Below, piece by piece: positions 1 to 14,291 of a DNA stretch of 64,000 nucleotides. Location: positions 70,370,001-70,434,000 of the forward strand of contig OZ024744.1 in NCBI GenBank assembly GCA_964016885.1. The letters run 5' to 3'. The translations under genes and the position numbers were made by a program. A model generated the notes under the pieces. It was not told where the DNA came from. It did not search any database and was given only the letters and a program-made list of their open reading frames with translations. How positions within the stretch are numbered: the stretch's first letter is position 1; each line of letters begins with the position of its first letter. The DNA is from Eledone cirrhosa. Its lineage: Eukaryota.

Positions 1-25
1 AAGAATCTCGGCAATCTTACTCGGC

Positions 26-200
<175 letters not shown>

Positions 201-490
201 AATATATCTACCGACATATGTATACAGATGCATACCTATGCTAGCAGATATATATGTTTTGTCTTAGTAACTTTGTAGTTCTATGCAGGGGAATGCAGAA
301 CAATTATATGAAAGACGTAAATAAGAAAGTTATGAAAATTGACTTACTTACTAATATACATGTATATATATATGTATATATATATGTAAAAATAATAAAT
401 TTGAAGACTAAAATCCAAAGAGGGTTCGATAAGGATAAATATATATCATATATATATTTTACCCACCCTAGATAGATATATATACATAAA

Positions 491-1163
491 GTTATGAAAC
501 GAAAGGAGCTGTGTGGTTACTAAAAACAAGGTTTAGGATGGGGGTTAGGACGGAACAGGAGGGGAAAGGAAGAAAGGAGTTTCCATCGTCAGCTGTAAAA
601 GTTTCCCGAACCCATGTTTCGGCGCTGAATTACAGGACATCGGTGTAGTTCGGGTGCGCCCGAGGCCTTTTATTAATCAAAAGGCCAGGTGGAAAAGGAG
701 AGAGAAAGAAAGAAAAAAAGGGAAGAAAAAAGGAGAGAGAAAAAGAAAGAGAGGGAAAGGTGGAAGAACGGGGGGGGGGGGGAGATGAGGAGCCAGGAAG
801 AAAGGGAAAAGGGGGAAAAATAGGAAAGGAATAGGAGAAAAAAGTGTACAGGTCCTATCGTGGGAAGACACAAGTGAAAGAAACATTCAAAAAAGTAACC
901 ATGGAAAAATAGGGAAAGTAAGTTGTGGCGAACCTGGGAGACTTCAGCCTGGTGGTCAGCCTGGTGGTCAGCTACGACTCAGAGCTGGTATAATCGCGCT
1001 GCCTCTCACATAGACAGGGTAACCAAAAGTGAGGAGAAGGGAAAGGGAGATAATCCAGAAGGGTTTTTTTTTACAACGGTAGTAAAAACGTGCCGCAAAG
1101 ATTGCGGACAGAGAGGCCACCACGGCACGTGTAAACATGTCAACAATCAAAACCGAACGGATG

Positions 1164-1248
<85 letters not shown>

Positions 1249-1679
1249 GAGAGTGAGGAGGAGAAGGGAAGAGAGAGGGGAGGGTTGATGCGAAAGTATG
1301 GAGGGAACATAGATCGACCAAAGCAGGAGGGTCACAGCGGTAAATACAAAACGTTATGAAACGAAAGGAGCTGTGTGGTTACTAAAAACAAGGTTTAGGA
1401 TGGGGGTTAGGACGGAACAGGAGGAGAAAAGAAGAAAAGAGTTTCCATCGTCAGCTGTAAATGTTTCCCGAACCCATGTTTCGGCGCTGAATTACAGGAC
1501 ATCGGTGTAGTTCGGGTGCGCCCGAGGCCTTTTATTAATCAAAAGGCCAGGTGGAAAAGGAGATGAGGAGAGAGGAAGAAAGAGGAAAGGGGGAAGAGGG
1601 GAAATAGGAAAGGAATAGGGGAAAAAAGTGTACAGGTCCCATCGTGGGAAGACACAGGTGAAAGAAACATGCAAAAAAG

Positions 1680-1680
<1 letters not shown>
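491..1680. repeat. direct duplication of a ~330-400 bp structured segment (491-896 and 1353-1680)
   Basis: GTTATGAAACGAAAGGAGCTG...GAAAGAAACAT occurs twice, near-identical except in the purine-rich tract. Confidence 0.85.
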
Positions 1681-1710
<30 letters not shown>

Positions 1711-1996
1711 ACTAGAAATTGATTGAAATATATATATTTAAAATAAACACATGAAACAATCACAGGGAGTAATTTGTAAAGTGTGTAACCACACACAGCC
1801 AGGTAGGTAACTAATTAAAGTTTAACTAGAACTTCAAATTTTACCTTTTAAAATGATTAATCTTACTTGTATGTATTTCATTAAAGAAATATATTTCACC
1901 ATTAATCCGTAAAGTCACAGTAGTCAACGGATCTTCAGCAAAGGAGAAGATTTAACTATCTGTGTTTACACATCAAATGCAAATCTGCGAATGACC

Positions 1997-2210
1997 CGTC
2001 GCACGTGTTGCATTTTTAAAACTACACACATCGTGCCAGCGTCATCCCTGTGGCGTGAATAGGGTTGGATATATACACAGCCCCTTAATTGTAGAGCTAA
2101 CTCAGTTGAAAGGACTCGGCTGCTATTTCTAGCTGTCGATAACCCTATTCACGCCACTGGGATGATGCTGGCACGATGTGTGTAGTTTTAAAAATGCAAC
2201 ACGTGCGACG
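1997..2210. repeat. inverted repeat with ~70-bp arms (1997-2066 / 2141-2210)
   Basis: CGTCGCACGTGTTGCATTTTTAAAACTACACACATCG... has its reverse complement downstream. Confidence 0.85.
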
Positions 2211-3099
2211 AAGAATTTCATCGCACTGGAGAATTTCATGTGTATGGTATAAATAAACATTAGATGTCTGTCGAGGCCGAAAGTAAACACTGCTGCCAAG
2301 GTGCCCCATCTAGGGAGTTGCTAATCTGAGGATTCTTTACCCACACGTAACCCTCCAATTTTATTTTTATTTCATTTTTATTTTTATTTCTGCTTTATAT
2401 ATAGTAATAATCTCATTATCTTTCCCCAAGTTCCGAAGATCTGCTCCATAATATTATTCTATGTTACTTATATTTCTCTGCACCAAATCAATACCTTTCT
2501 TACCATCGATTGATCCAGAAACATTATATGGAGTAGTGAAACAATTGTAAACTGACATTATCCCCTTTCTATATTAAACTGCACTTAATGTTGATACTCT
2601 GTGACTAGTGTCTTCTAATTTGTTGTCTTGATTTGCTTAACTACTGAATATATATATATATATATGTGTGTGTGTAAGAAAGGATGTAAACACTGTGATC
2701 AAATAACAGGAAGACTATAAAATCAATACAGTATCGTTTCTCAAAACTAGTATTTCACTATCAAAATCAAAGGTATGTCAGAGCCATATATCTAAACCTA
2801 TAGGTAGACATGACTATGCGAATAATTTATCAACCTATCGAACGAGTAGAAGTCATCCTTTGAAACATGTAAGGGAGTAAATGTTTTGGGATGAAAGAAG
2901 TAACATTTCTCCATTAACACTTTGATTATATTTGCTCTGCCTTTATAACTATTTTTCCTCGCTAATATCTTTTCATCTTCAAACCTTTATATATTATATA
3001 AATGCATTGAGCAATTCCTTTTGTAAAAACTGGCAATTACAAACTATGATTTTGATCTTCTACTTTCCTTTGGGAATTGTTTATATAGTTCTACTTTTG

Positions 3100-3401
<302 letters not shown>

Positions 3402-3926
3402 GGAATAATGATAAATAGAGCATTCAACTGCATGTTCCAACATTTACTATGTATGAGCAAGGCGTGGTCTTCTGACTCGTCTAGGAGGGCAGAAACTAAC
3501 TCCGAATAACAACTGATTCGGACCATGACGATCTATTTACTCCATATAGATGGAAATTGGGCGTAAAAAAACTTCATAAAATACATATACTTACAATAAA
3601 AGGGGGTGGCCAAAATAAGCTAACAATTATTCATAGTGGTATGAGATTGTGAGAATCTAGGATACGCTGAGAAATTATGGATTTACGAACTTTGTTGTTC
3701 GAAATGAACTGTAGAAGCGATTTTAGAAAATATGAAACGGTACTCATAAAGAAACTGGAACTCAAAAATAATCGTGGCTCTAACACACACACTCACACAC
3801 ACACACACACACACACACAACGCACAAACACACATATATACATAGTAAATGAGTGAAGAATAACGTGAAAAATAACGATAACTCGTTAGCTTATATATAT
3901 ATATATAAATAACTATTGTGTAACCA

Positions 3927-3990
<64 letters not shown>

Positions 3991-3992
<2 letters not shown>

Positions 3993-4167
3993 TGGTTACA
4001 CAACAGTTAGTTCACCATACCGACAACAATTGTTTCATCTTAGCGGATCCTCAGCTCGTAATCCGAGCTGAGGATCTGCTAAGGTGATGTGAAACCACTT
4101 CTACCTAACTCGTCCCATGGACTGAGTGCTCTACCACTACGGATATTACCTTCCAGTGTTCTACCAC

Positions 4168-4170
<3 letters not shown>
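3991..4170 (-). mobile_element. Penelope pLTR-like fragment with minimal hammerhead; family also at 14041-14235 and 42328-42530
   Basis: Minus strand CGAG-CTGAGGA-TCCGCTAAGAT-GAAA-CAATTGTT; three dispersed copies, each in (TA)n. Confidence 0.65.
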
Positions 4171-4201
<31 letters not shown>

Positions 4202-4379
4202 CACATATATATATATATATTAGAATTGGTGCTCTGAAATAGCGATATATATATTAATGTATATATAGTGTATTTTGCAATACACTGTATGCTTAATTAA
4301 AATCATTTTGAAGACCTTACGTTATTGTTTTAAAGTAGTGACAGTGTCACTTACTTCAATTTTCAGCAAACAAGGGGAG

Positions 4380-4430
4380 ATAAGCTGACAGAGCTCTGTT
4401 TCGTACTTGTTGGTACTTATCAAAACTCAC
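4380..4430 (-). ncRNA. type I hammerhead ribozyme, U3-A8 core variant (mirror copy)
   Basis: Reverse complement reads GTGAGTT-TTGATAA-GTAC CAACAA GTAC-GAAA-CAGAGCTCTG-TC-AGCTTAT. Confidence 0.75.
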
Positions 4431-4614
4431 CACTCCTCCTGTTCGCTGAAAATTATGAATGTTAGAATTGGTGCTCTGAAATAGCGATATATATATGAAT
4501 GTATATTTTTCAATTTTAGCTGGACCGGCAACCGCTCTGTATAATCAGTTCCTGATTATTACTGGAATTCTATAAGAATCCAACATTAATCATTTTCAGC
4601 GAACAGGCGGAGTG

Positions 4615-4665
4615 GTGAGCTTTGATAAGTACCAACAAGTACGAAACAGAGCTCTGTCAGCTTAT
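4615..4665 (+). ncRNA. type I hammerhead ribozyme, U3-A8 core variant
   Basis: Stem I GTGAGCT/AGCTTAT; core TTGATAA 4622-4628; stem II GTAC/GTAC; GAAA 4643-4646; palindromic stem III ACAGAGCTCTGT; GUC site at 4658. Confidence 0.8.
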
Positions 4666-4807
4666 CTCCCCTTGTTTGCTGAAAATTGAAGTAAGTGACA
4701 CTGTCACTACTTTAAAACAATAGCGTAAGGTCTTCAAAATGCTTTTAATTAAGCATACAGTGTATTGCAAAATATTACACTATATATATACATATATATA
4801 TATATAT

Positions 4808-5451
4808 AAACATTGAGTTATATGGTTTGTTGATTATCATTCAACAAAGTTATTTTTATAACAGATTTGAAGCACTCTACAATTTTATCTGGAGTATTAT
4901 TAATATTAACAATATTAATAAATGGAAAATATCTTTATAATACCATATTTATTTTATTATACGAATTTCAAGGACACAAAGTTTTAGTGTGCTTTCATTA
5001 GATAAAATATAATATTTGGTCTTAAGATATTGACATACCTTAGCATAGACTTAATAGTATAAGCTCGCTAACTGCCGTGAACTTGATGGTATAAATCACT
5101 GGACTTATACCATTAAGTTCACATGAAGATATGTCACTATCTTAACACCAATTATTATATTTTATCTGACGAAAGCGTACTTAAATATTAGTATCCTTGA
5201 AATACGTATAATAAAATAAATATGGTTTTATAAAGATATTTCCCATTTAATAATATTTAACTTTGCCTTTCATCCTTACGGCGTCGATAAAATAAAGTAC
5301 CAGTAATACACTAGATAATTGCTGGCCTTGTGCCAAAAGTAGAAACAATTATTAATATTAATGATACTCCAGATAAAATCTATTGAGTGCTTCTAATCTG
5401 TTGTAAAATTAATTTTGTTGAATAATCAACAAACCATATAACTCATTGTTT
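4808..5451. repeat. long imperfect fold-back (inverted pLTR-like) with a SINE fragment (5258-5352) inserted in the right arm
   Basis: AAACATTGAGTTATATGGTTTG... matches the reverse complement of ...CAAACCATATAACTCATTGTTT. Confidence 0.8.
5158..5218 (+). ncRNA. type I hammerhead ribozyme
   Basis: Stem I TATTTTAT/ATAAAATA; CTGACGA 5166-5172; stem II AAGCGTACT/AGTATCCTT; GAAA 5199-5202; palindromic stem III ATACGTAT; AUA site at 5210. The mirror arm has a decayed CTAATGA core. Confidence 0.75.
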
Positions 5452-5509
5452 ATATATCTATATATCTATATCTATCTATATATATATATAAAATATATAT
5501 ATATATAAG

Positions 5510-5780
<271 letters not shown>

Positions 5781-5876
5781 TAATTATCTTATGTTGTTTA
5801 TTACATAACTAAAATGCTCTGTAGCCTATATAGAGCACTCTCTTTTCCTTTACCTTTCCTACGGAAATACTTCATT

Positions 5877-5915
<39 letters not shown>

Positions 5916-6101
5916 GGGGGGAGAGAAAGGAGAGGCAGAGAGAGGAGAGAGAGAGGGGGGGGGGTGAGATGGAAGGACAGAGAAAAGGAAAGATAGATAG
6001 ATAAATAGATACTTACATACATATATATACATATATATACATATATATACATACATATAAGTATGTATAGATATGTATGGTGATAATGATGACGAGGATG
6101 T

Positions 6102-6145
<44 letters not shown>

Positions 6146-6195
6146 CATACCTATCTATATATATATATACCTATATCATTGTTTATATATATACC

Positions 6196-6271
<76 letters not shown>

Positions 6272-6321
6272 TGTATGTATTTATATAAATATATATGTAT
6301 GTGTGTGTGTGTGTGTGTATA

Positions 6322-6371
<50 letters not shown>

Positions 6372-7040
6372 CACAATCTACCAAAGCTTTATTTTGTTTA
6401 AACGTTAAATATACTACAAATTAGAATCATTATCTGCAGCTTTTGCACTATTTGTCTTCAGATACGACGGTCAAGGCCATTCTGGAGCACGGCCTTTATA
6501 TAATGAGGGTAAACAGTGAAAGAGAGGTAGCTTACATAAATGTAACATGAAAAAAATCAACAATACTAACTGTAATATAAATAATATTTATCAAAATCTC
6601 TCTCCCTCTCTCTCTCTATTTAAATTAACGGGGGGATATATCTACTTGTATCAACAAATTAAGGGCTGTGAAATCTGTTTGTCTTATCACATTTATAAAT
6701 ATTATGAAAAAGTGCTTTTTAAATCTTAAAGGTTATATAGAAGTTAGCTTAGACTTTCAGTGGGGAAGGAAAATGTCTGAAGGAGGCCAATGATAAAGTT
6801 TGTTAGTTTTATGTATTAATAAATAAATATGAGGATTTATATTCATGTGTGTTTAGTATCTTGGTGTGAAAATTAGGCTCCTGTGGTTAGGTTAAGGTAA
6901 TAACAAGACGAAATCTCCATCACAACAGGCATCGAGGCCTGACTTTCAACAGCTTTCTCACATATATATATATATTTTTTTTAAATATATCGTCGTAGTA
7001 GTTGTCATCAGTCATCAGTCATCATCATCATCAGCAGCAG

Positions 7041-7222
7041 TGGCAGTGTTGGTAGAGGGTCGGACGCCTTGCTTTGACGCATAGAGTTACGGCCCTTGCC
7101 ATTCTGAGTTCAAATCCCGCCGAGGTTAACTTTGCCTTTCATCCTTACGGGGGTCGATAAAATAAAGTACCAGTAATACACTGGGATAATTGCTGGCCTT
7201 GTGCCTAACGTAGAAACAATTA
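7041..7222 (+). mobile_element. tRNA-derived SINE, family A
   Basis: A-box-like TGGCAGTGTTGG, B-box GAGTTCAAATCC, body GCCTTTCATCCTTACGGGGGTCGATAAAATAAAGTACCAG; about 20 copies in the window. Confidence 0.9.
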
Positions 7223-7224
7223 TT

Positions 7225-7491
7225 ATCTTCGTCGCCATCATCATCATCATCAGCATCAGCATCATCATCATCAGCGGCGGCGGCAGCAGCAGCAGCAGCA
7301 GCAGCGTCATTACCAGCATCATCATTGCCAGCAGCAGCAGCAGCAACATTACCACTACTGCGACTAACAGCGCCACCACGCCCATAACCAACAACATCGC
7401 CGCCACCATCACCACCACCACCACCACCGCCGGCCGCCACAACAACCAACAACAACATCCACCATTATCACCACCACCAACCACCACCACC

Positions 7492-7540
<49 letters not shown>

Positions 7541-7587
7541 ACATCCTCATCACCATTATCACCACCACCATCATTACCAACATTACC

Positions 7588-7639
<52 letters not shown>

Positions 7640-7715
7640 ACATCTTCGTCACCATTATCACCACCACCATCATTACCAACATTACCACCACCACCACCAC
7701 CATCATCACCACCAC

Positions 7716-7756
<41 letters not shown>

Positions 7757-7797
7757 ACGTCATCGTCTTCGACGTCGTCGTCGTCGTCGTCGTCGTT
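7225..7797. repeat. compound trinucleotide repeat (CAT/CAC/CAG/GTC)
   Basis: Direct reading. Confidence 0.9.
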
Positions 7798-8042
7798 TTC
7801 GTTTGCTCTTTATCCTAGCATGAATTGGATACGTCCCCACGGCTCGAATAGGTTTACATTAGGAGTTACTGTCCTCCATGTGGAGCCTCCATGTGGAGCA
7901 GTAACTCGCTCCTCATACGTTACCTTTACCACATGGTTTGCTACGGCTGGACAGCGTTCTTAGCACCAACCACTTTATGGTGTAGTAGGTGCACAAGAAC
8001 ATTGTTATGTCTTGCAGAGTACTCAATTTCACTCTCATAGTA

Positions 8043-8231
8043 ATTGTTTCTACTTTTGGCACAAGGCCAGCAATTATCCCAGTGCATTACTGGTACTTTA
8101 TTTTATCGACCCTGTAAGGATGAAAGGCAAAGTTAACCTCGGTGGGATTTGAACTCAGAATGGCTAGGGCCGTAACTCTATGCGTCAAAGCATGGCGTCG
8201 GACCCTCTACCGATACTACCAATCCACCGCC
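8043..8231 (-). mobile_element. SINE family A, full length with TSD
   Basis: Flanked by ACTCTCATAGTAAT at 8031 and 8241. Confidence 0.9.
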
Positions 8232-9424
8232 TTAGTAATAACTCTCATAGTAATAACTCCGGATTAGAAATAACGCAGATCCTCTCGCCCCATCCACCCT
8301 ACACGAGTATGGGAAATTGAAGAAAAATGATGATGATCATGATGGTAATACACACATATATATACACACACACACACATATATATACACACACACACTTA
8401 TATATGTGTGTGTGTATGTATGTGTGTGTATTTATATATATATTTTATATATATATATATATGTATATGCGTATTATCATCATCATGTATATATATATAT
8501 ATTTATATATATATACTAGCTGCAGTACCCGGTAATACCTGGGAAAGGTGGGGTTATTCGCAGTTCGTGCGCCTGAAAATGCTAGCGACCCTGGGTGCCC
8601 ATACTGGATTTTCAATAGCAGATCAATGTTTTTGTGTCGCACTATTAATAGCTGTTTAAGTCATAAGTCCTTCTTCCATCCAGCTTTCTTCATTGAATAA
8701 GCCAGAGAAGTTTGAGCTCGAAGAGCATCGAACTTATTCAACAAACTTATGTATAAGAATAGCAAACTTACTGCCCTAGCACTCAAGAACAAACACAGAA
8801 CAATTGTGGATGTCATCGCAATTATTGAAGAGATTATAACCGAGTGAACATCTTCAGGTACTGTTCAAGCACTTTGTATATCACTGTTTGTAAAGCCCTT
8901 CGAATGACTGAAGCAATTCAAGAAAACAATCTCGTTTTCCCCCTATAGTAGACATAACCCGTGAAAACACACCATAATAAGTCGGATAGACAATCAGGCG
9001 TGTTGGCCCTAAAGAGGGCCTTGTAACGTTCACTGTTGCAAAGTGTCAATAATGGAGGAGAAGTTACATCTTAATTCGTGTTAATCTTCCCACGATCCGA
9101 CACCTCGAAATATCGACAAAATAAACTCTACTCTCAAGGACGGCATGTTACAATTAACATGCCGGGAGTACGAATATTCGTCAACATACGATTTGGGTTT
9201 TATTCTTCGGACTAATCTCATGGTAAGCCAACTTCCAGGTCTTTGGTCATCACACTTTTTTGTAACTGGTTCCTGCAGTTGACCTTAATGTCACTCTTTG
9301 AGACCTTTTGTGTCACCTTTTTCCTGTTGAATTTCGTAGTGTTGGCTTAACTTCCAGTGTATGTAAATTTCCCCTCTTCCATGTCTGTGGGGGGGGGAGT
9401 TTGGGGGGGGGGGGGGGTAAAACA

Positions 9425-9950
9425 AGGCAACCAGAATCAATATGGTGAATTATTTCTTCCCCACCTCCACATATTCTACAGTTACTGTGTTTGGCTTCAT
9501 TATATACTTTTGATGGTTTCTGATGTGGAGTCTTTGATCTTGGGTTGCAATTAGAAATCCTTCTGTCCTGTGTATTGTATCCATTTTTGTGAATTTTGCT
9601 GGCCTAGTTCTCTGTTTAGATTATTCGAGTATTGGCCATGTAGGGTTTCTTCTTGCCATCGTTTTAGCACTGCATACTAACGACCTTTTCCGATTTAGAT
9701 TTTATCTTTTTCACAATGTCTGTTGTTTCTAAATTTCAATTTCTCACACAATTATCTGTCAATTCAACTTATTTTGAATTTGTTGGCTTCCTTGAAGACA
9801 GAAAACAATGTTTTTCTTTTGCTCATGTGTCATGGCTATTTGTATTAACTTTCCATTATTCTTCATTAGATATTTTCGTACTTCTACGGTGGTTATTTTA
9901 AAATAACTTTCTGAATGCACAATGCCTCTTCCTCCATGTGTTCGTTGTAT
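9425..9950 (-). mobile_element. decayed R4/Dong-type LINE fragment (pre-knuckle region and CCHC knuckle)
   Basis: Manual translation across frameshifts: WQEETLHGQY...TEGFLIATQDQ...CRICGGGEEIIHHIDSGC. Confidence 0.7.
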
Positions 9951-10219
9951 ATATGTATCATCATCATCATCATCATTCATCATTAAAGGTTTGCAGACCA
10001 AATATGGTTTCTGGTTTAGGCACAAGATAAACAATGTTTGGGGAAGGGAAAGTCGATTAAATCCCCTCACTGATACTTTATTTTATCGACCTTGTAAGGA
10101 TGAAAGGTAAAGCTAACCTTGGCGACATTGGAACTCAGAACGCAAAGGGCCGTAACTCTATGCCACTAAGCATTTTGTACGACGCTCTACCCATACTGTC
10201 AAATATAACGATGACTGCA

Positions 10220-10850
10220 TCCTTTACTGTCAGTTGAGTCTCAACACGGATCTTAGTCAGAGCACTTTTCTGAGTATGTGTGCAGTACGCAGGAGAAAAT
10301 AGATTTGCTTCGATATCAATTTGGTCAAGATACCCTCTCAGTTTTAGTGGTATTGAGCCTAATGCTCCTATAATTTCAATCATTTTGATGTTGTTGGGTG
10401 GTATTGACAACAAATGTGCAAGATTTTGATCTTCTTGTCAGTAAATTTCGTTACTTGTTCAATTTCTTTCAAGGCTATATTTCAGTCTGCTGGTATGGTA
10501 ACATCGATAATCTCGTATTCACGCCCATTTCTGTGCATAACTACAAAATCAGGTTTGTTGTGTTCAAGCATGATGTGTGTTTCAACAGTGAAGTTCAACA
10601 ATGTCTTGGGTTTTGCCATCAAAAATATTTTCTGGGAAATACTGGTACCACATACAGTGCACTTGATATCCATATCTTTGGTAGTGAACAGGGAAGGTAC
10701 ATTCAGATATTGTCATGTCCTTTATAATCTTTTGGGGACAGCACTTTGCACTCGCTCACAATATGGGTAGTACTTACTATGTTAATTTCTCACTGACGAC
10801 ACTTCATAATTTCACTAAGATGATATATAGTACAAATATTTTGATCATGG
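10220..10850 (-). mobile_element. decayed R4/Dong-type LINE 3' end (restriction-like endonuclease)
   Basis: HNKPDFVV...IIDVTIPAD and IIGALGSIP motifs; HIVSECK knuckle remnant. Confidence 0.75.
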
Positions 10851-11083
10851 GTTGATATCAAAAGGGCTTATTCACCCTATTATCATCAATATTATTATTA
10901 TTTCACACCATTTTATTTGCCCTTGTGACATCACCATGGTTGTTATAAACGAAACTTTGCTGTCGTTGCGTTGTATTCGGTAATATTCGGTAATATTCTT
11001 AAAATTTCGGATGGAAAAATGTATTCAATCCAGACACAGTGAGGAAGAAAACACAGAGACATGGACAGATAAGCTGACAGGCA

Positions 11084-11191
<108 letters not shown>

Positions 11192-11196
11192 CTTTG

Positions 11197-11525
11197 AAGG
11201 CGCGTGATATAGTGGTTACAGAGTTGGGCTTACAATCGTGAGGTTGTGAGTTCGATTCTCGCACCGGGCTTTGCGATGTGTTCTTGAACAAGACACTTTA
11301 TTTCCCGTTGCTCCAGTTCACTCAGTTGTAGAAATGAGTCACAACGTCACTGGTGCCAAGCTGTATCAACCATTGCTTTTCCCTTGGTGCAGTGGGGAAA
11401 AACTGGTATGCGTGGACGACTTCTGGTCTTCCACAAACAACCTTGATCGGACTTGTGCCTCGTAGGGGAACATACTAGGTGTAAATCCCATAGTCATTTG
11501 TGACCGAAGGGGTTCTTTACCCCTA
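11197..11525 (+). mobile_element. tRNA-derived SINE, family B (related copies ~21524-21650, 54930-55205, 60930-61045)
   Basis: GGCGCGTGATATAGTGGTTA head, B-box GAGTTCGATTC, conserved TGTGTTCTTGAACAAGACACTT body. Confidence 0.8.
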
Positions 11526-11708
11526 CACTTTACATAATTGAGAATGGTTTTCCGAAGGAGCCCGAGTAAAAAGCACATTTAAATAAAGTACTCAATACAT
11601 TGATAGAGATGATACATATTTATTTCATAAATAAATTTTGTTTTCTTCTTTTAGAAATGATCACTACGATCCTGAATATTTCAAACCTCGGTGTGGGTGT
11701 GTGTGGTG

Positions 11709-11814
<106 letters not shown>

Positions 11815-12382
11815 ATGTGTGTTTGGTGTAATGTAGTGTTTGTGTGTTTATGTGTGTGCCTAGTGTAAGTTCTATTAATAGCGACGTATAGTATCTTTGA
11901 GCAAGATACTTTGTGTCAGTTCACTCGGGTGGAAAGAATGACTTGTACCTGTAATTCAATTAACCACCCTGGTTATAGACTGTGTCACGTTGAATCTCTC
12001 TGAGGACTACATCAAAGGTACTCGTGTTTATGGAATACTCAGGTACAGGTTCTTTAATTTCATGGGAAGGCTGTTCCATTGTTCAAATCGAAACCCTCGG
12101 CATCGGAACTACCAGAAGCGAATATAAGTGTGTTTGAGTGTGTACATGTGTGTACATGTGTGTACATGTGTGTACATGTGTGTGTATGTATGCATGTGCG
12201 TGGGGTTTAAAATATATATATATGTGTGTGTGTGTCTGTGTTGTATGTGTGTATATATATATATGTATGTGTGTATGCATATATATATGTGTGTGTGTGT
12301 GTGCGTGTATATATATACATGCGTGTGTATATATACATATGCATGTATGTATGCAAGTGTGTATGTATGTATGCATGCATGC

Positions 12383-12415
<33 letters not shown>

Positions 12416-12446
12416 TGTATGTATGTATGTATGTATGTATGTATGC

Positions 12447-12816
12447 CTTGACAAGGGCAGAATTCTAGGAGAAGGAAAACTCTGATATAACACCTGCAAC
12501 CCTGATGGTATTCAATGATGTTGACTTGTTCTTCTTTTTGGTAAATATCATCTTGGTTAAGAGAGTGGGACTGGCTTTGTGCAGTGCCTTTGCTCACTAT
12601 AAAAGCTTCACAGCACAGGCATTGCTTTATATCTGGAGATCTCTCTGCACTTGTCGTCACATGGTACCATGGGCCCAGCACTATGTGTCAATAATTGTCA
12701 CAAGTGTAGTGTTTGTACCAGAGTTTTCAAGTCGCTGGCTGGACTAAAAAGTCACACTCGTTCTCCTACATGGATATAGGGTAGTGGCCGTACTCGAAAA
12801 CGAGTTGGCAGCCACC
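12447..12816 (+). mobile_element. 5'-truncated bipartite RTE-derived non-autonomous element
   Basis: Matches the 3' half of 30637-31244; lies in (GTAT)n. Confidence 0.8.
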
Positions 12817-13037
12817 ATGTATGTATATATGTATATATCTGAGCAGCCTAGTTTGCTGACGGTAATTTATACGATGTACCGACTAACATTCACACTCACG
12901 AGACCGTCTAGATGTATCTATGTCTCGTTCAGAAGAATTCACTCAAATTCTTTATCACCATAAAGGCTGCTATTAAAAGAGTCTTTGAACCTAAAACAGA
13001 TGCCGACAGGTAAGACTATGTAAGCGAGTTTGTGTAT

Positions 13038-13080
<43 letters not shown>

Positions 13081-13209
13081 TAAATATATATATATATATA
13101 TACAAATATATGTAAATATACATGTTGTAAATATATATATACACACAAATTTATGTAAATATACATGTTGTAATTATATATATATATATATATATATAGT
13201 ATACTTATG

Positions 13210-13282
<73 letters not shown>

Positions 13283-13719
13283 CATATATATAAATATTTA
13301 CAATGTATATATACATATATATATATATATGTATGCATAAATATATCATATATGTGTGTATTTATATATGTATATATATACGAAGACGGCGGGTAGTGAA
13401 GATGTATGTATAATTTCTTATTATGATAATTTGTAATATATTTTACATAGACCAATAATAGATTGGACATACGGGGAACTACCCCCTACCACCCCACGCC
13501 CCACCACCCAGAAACGATCGTAAAATAATGAGTTTTACTATGAATTAACCGTTTTTTGTTTAATTTCATTGTTTTCACTATTTGTATTTTTGACTCCGCC
13601 TCCAATGAATTATATCGTTCAAACTTCGTATTTTAAACTTTGCTTCACGACATCTTCTATATACGGATTACATTGAGTTCTTTATACGGCTTGGACCCTA
13701 CCATTAATTGGTGGATTTA

Positions 13720-13750
<31 letters not shown>

Positions 13751-13840
13751 TGTGTGTGTGTGTGTGTGTGTGCGTGTGCGTGTGTGTGTATACATATATA
13801 TAAATATTTACAATATATATATATATACATATATTTATTA

Positions 13841-13965
13841 AAATAACAGATTAAAGTTTAAGCAAAGAATCGCTGCTTTCACCCTTAACGGGATCTTCTG
13901 AAACTAAAAGATCCCGTTAAGGGTGAAAGCAGCGATTCTTTGCTTAAACTTTAATCTGTTATTTT
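13841..13965. repeat. near-perfect palindrome containing a decayed hammerhead (CAGAAGA core, minus strand)
   Basis: AGTTT-CAGAAGA-TCCCGTTAAGGGT-GAAA-GCA...TGCTT-AAACT; a related fragment lies at ~51940-52010. Confidence 0.65.
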
Positions 13966-14121
13966 CATAAATATATATATATATATTGTGTATAATTTGT
14001 TTTTTAGAAAAGTGGATGATGGCTTGCGTCTACCTGAATTTCACCTTAGCAGATCCTCAGCTCGTACTGGTCATGGTTATACGGAACAGCATAACCATGC
14101 TTCGTATAACCATGACCAGTA

Positions 14122-14159
14122 CGATCTGAGGATCTGCTAAGGTGAAACAATTGTTCTCG
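14122..14159 (+). ncRNA. minimal type I hammerhead (Penelope-type)
   Basis: CTGAGGA 14126-14132, GAAA 14144-14147, palindromic ACAATTGT, GUU site, then CTCG; inverted partial copy at 14041-14065. Confidence 0.65.
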
Positions 14160-14234
14160 GTATGGTGAAATAACTGTTGTGTTACTACTTCTACCAAACT
14201 CTACCACTACGGATATAACCCACCAGTGTTCAAC

Positions 14235-14291
<57 letters not shown>

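Noticed and set aside
2268-2290. CTGTCGA-GGCC-GAAAG hammerhead-like word
   Set aside because: Core A6 is missing, and stems I and III do not pair
7110-7818. 200-aa poly-M/V/T/I ORFs
   Set aside because: Trinucleotide repeat, open in several frames on both strands
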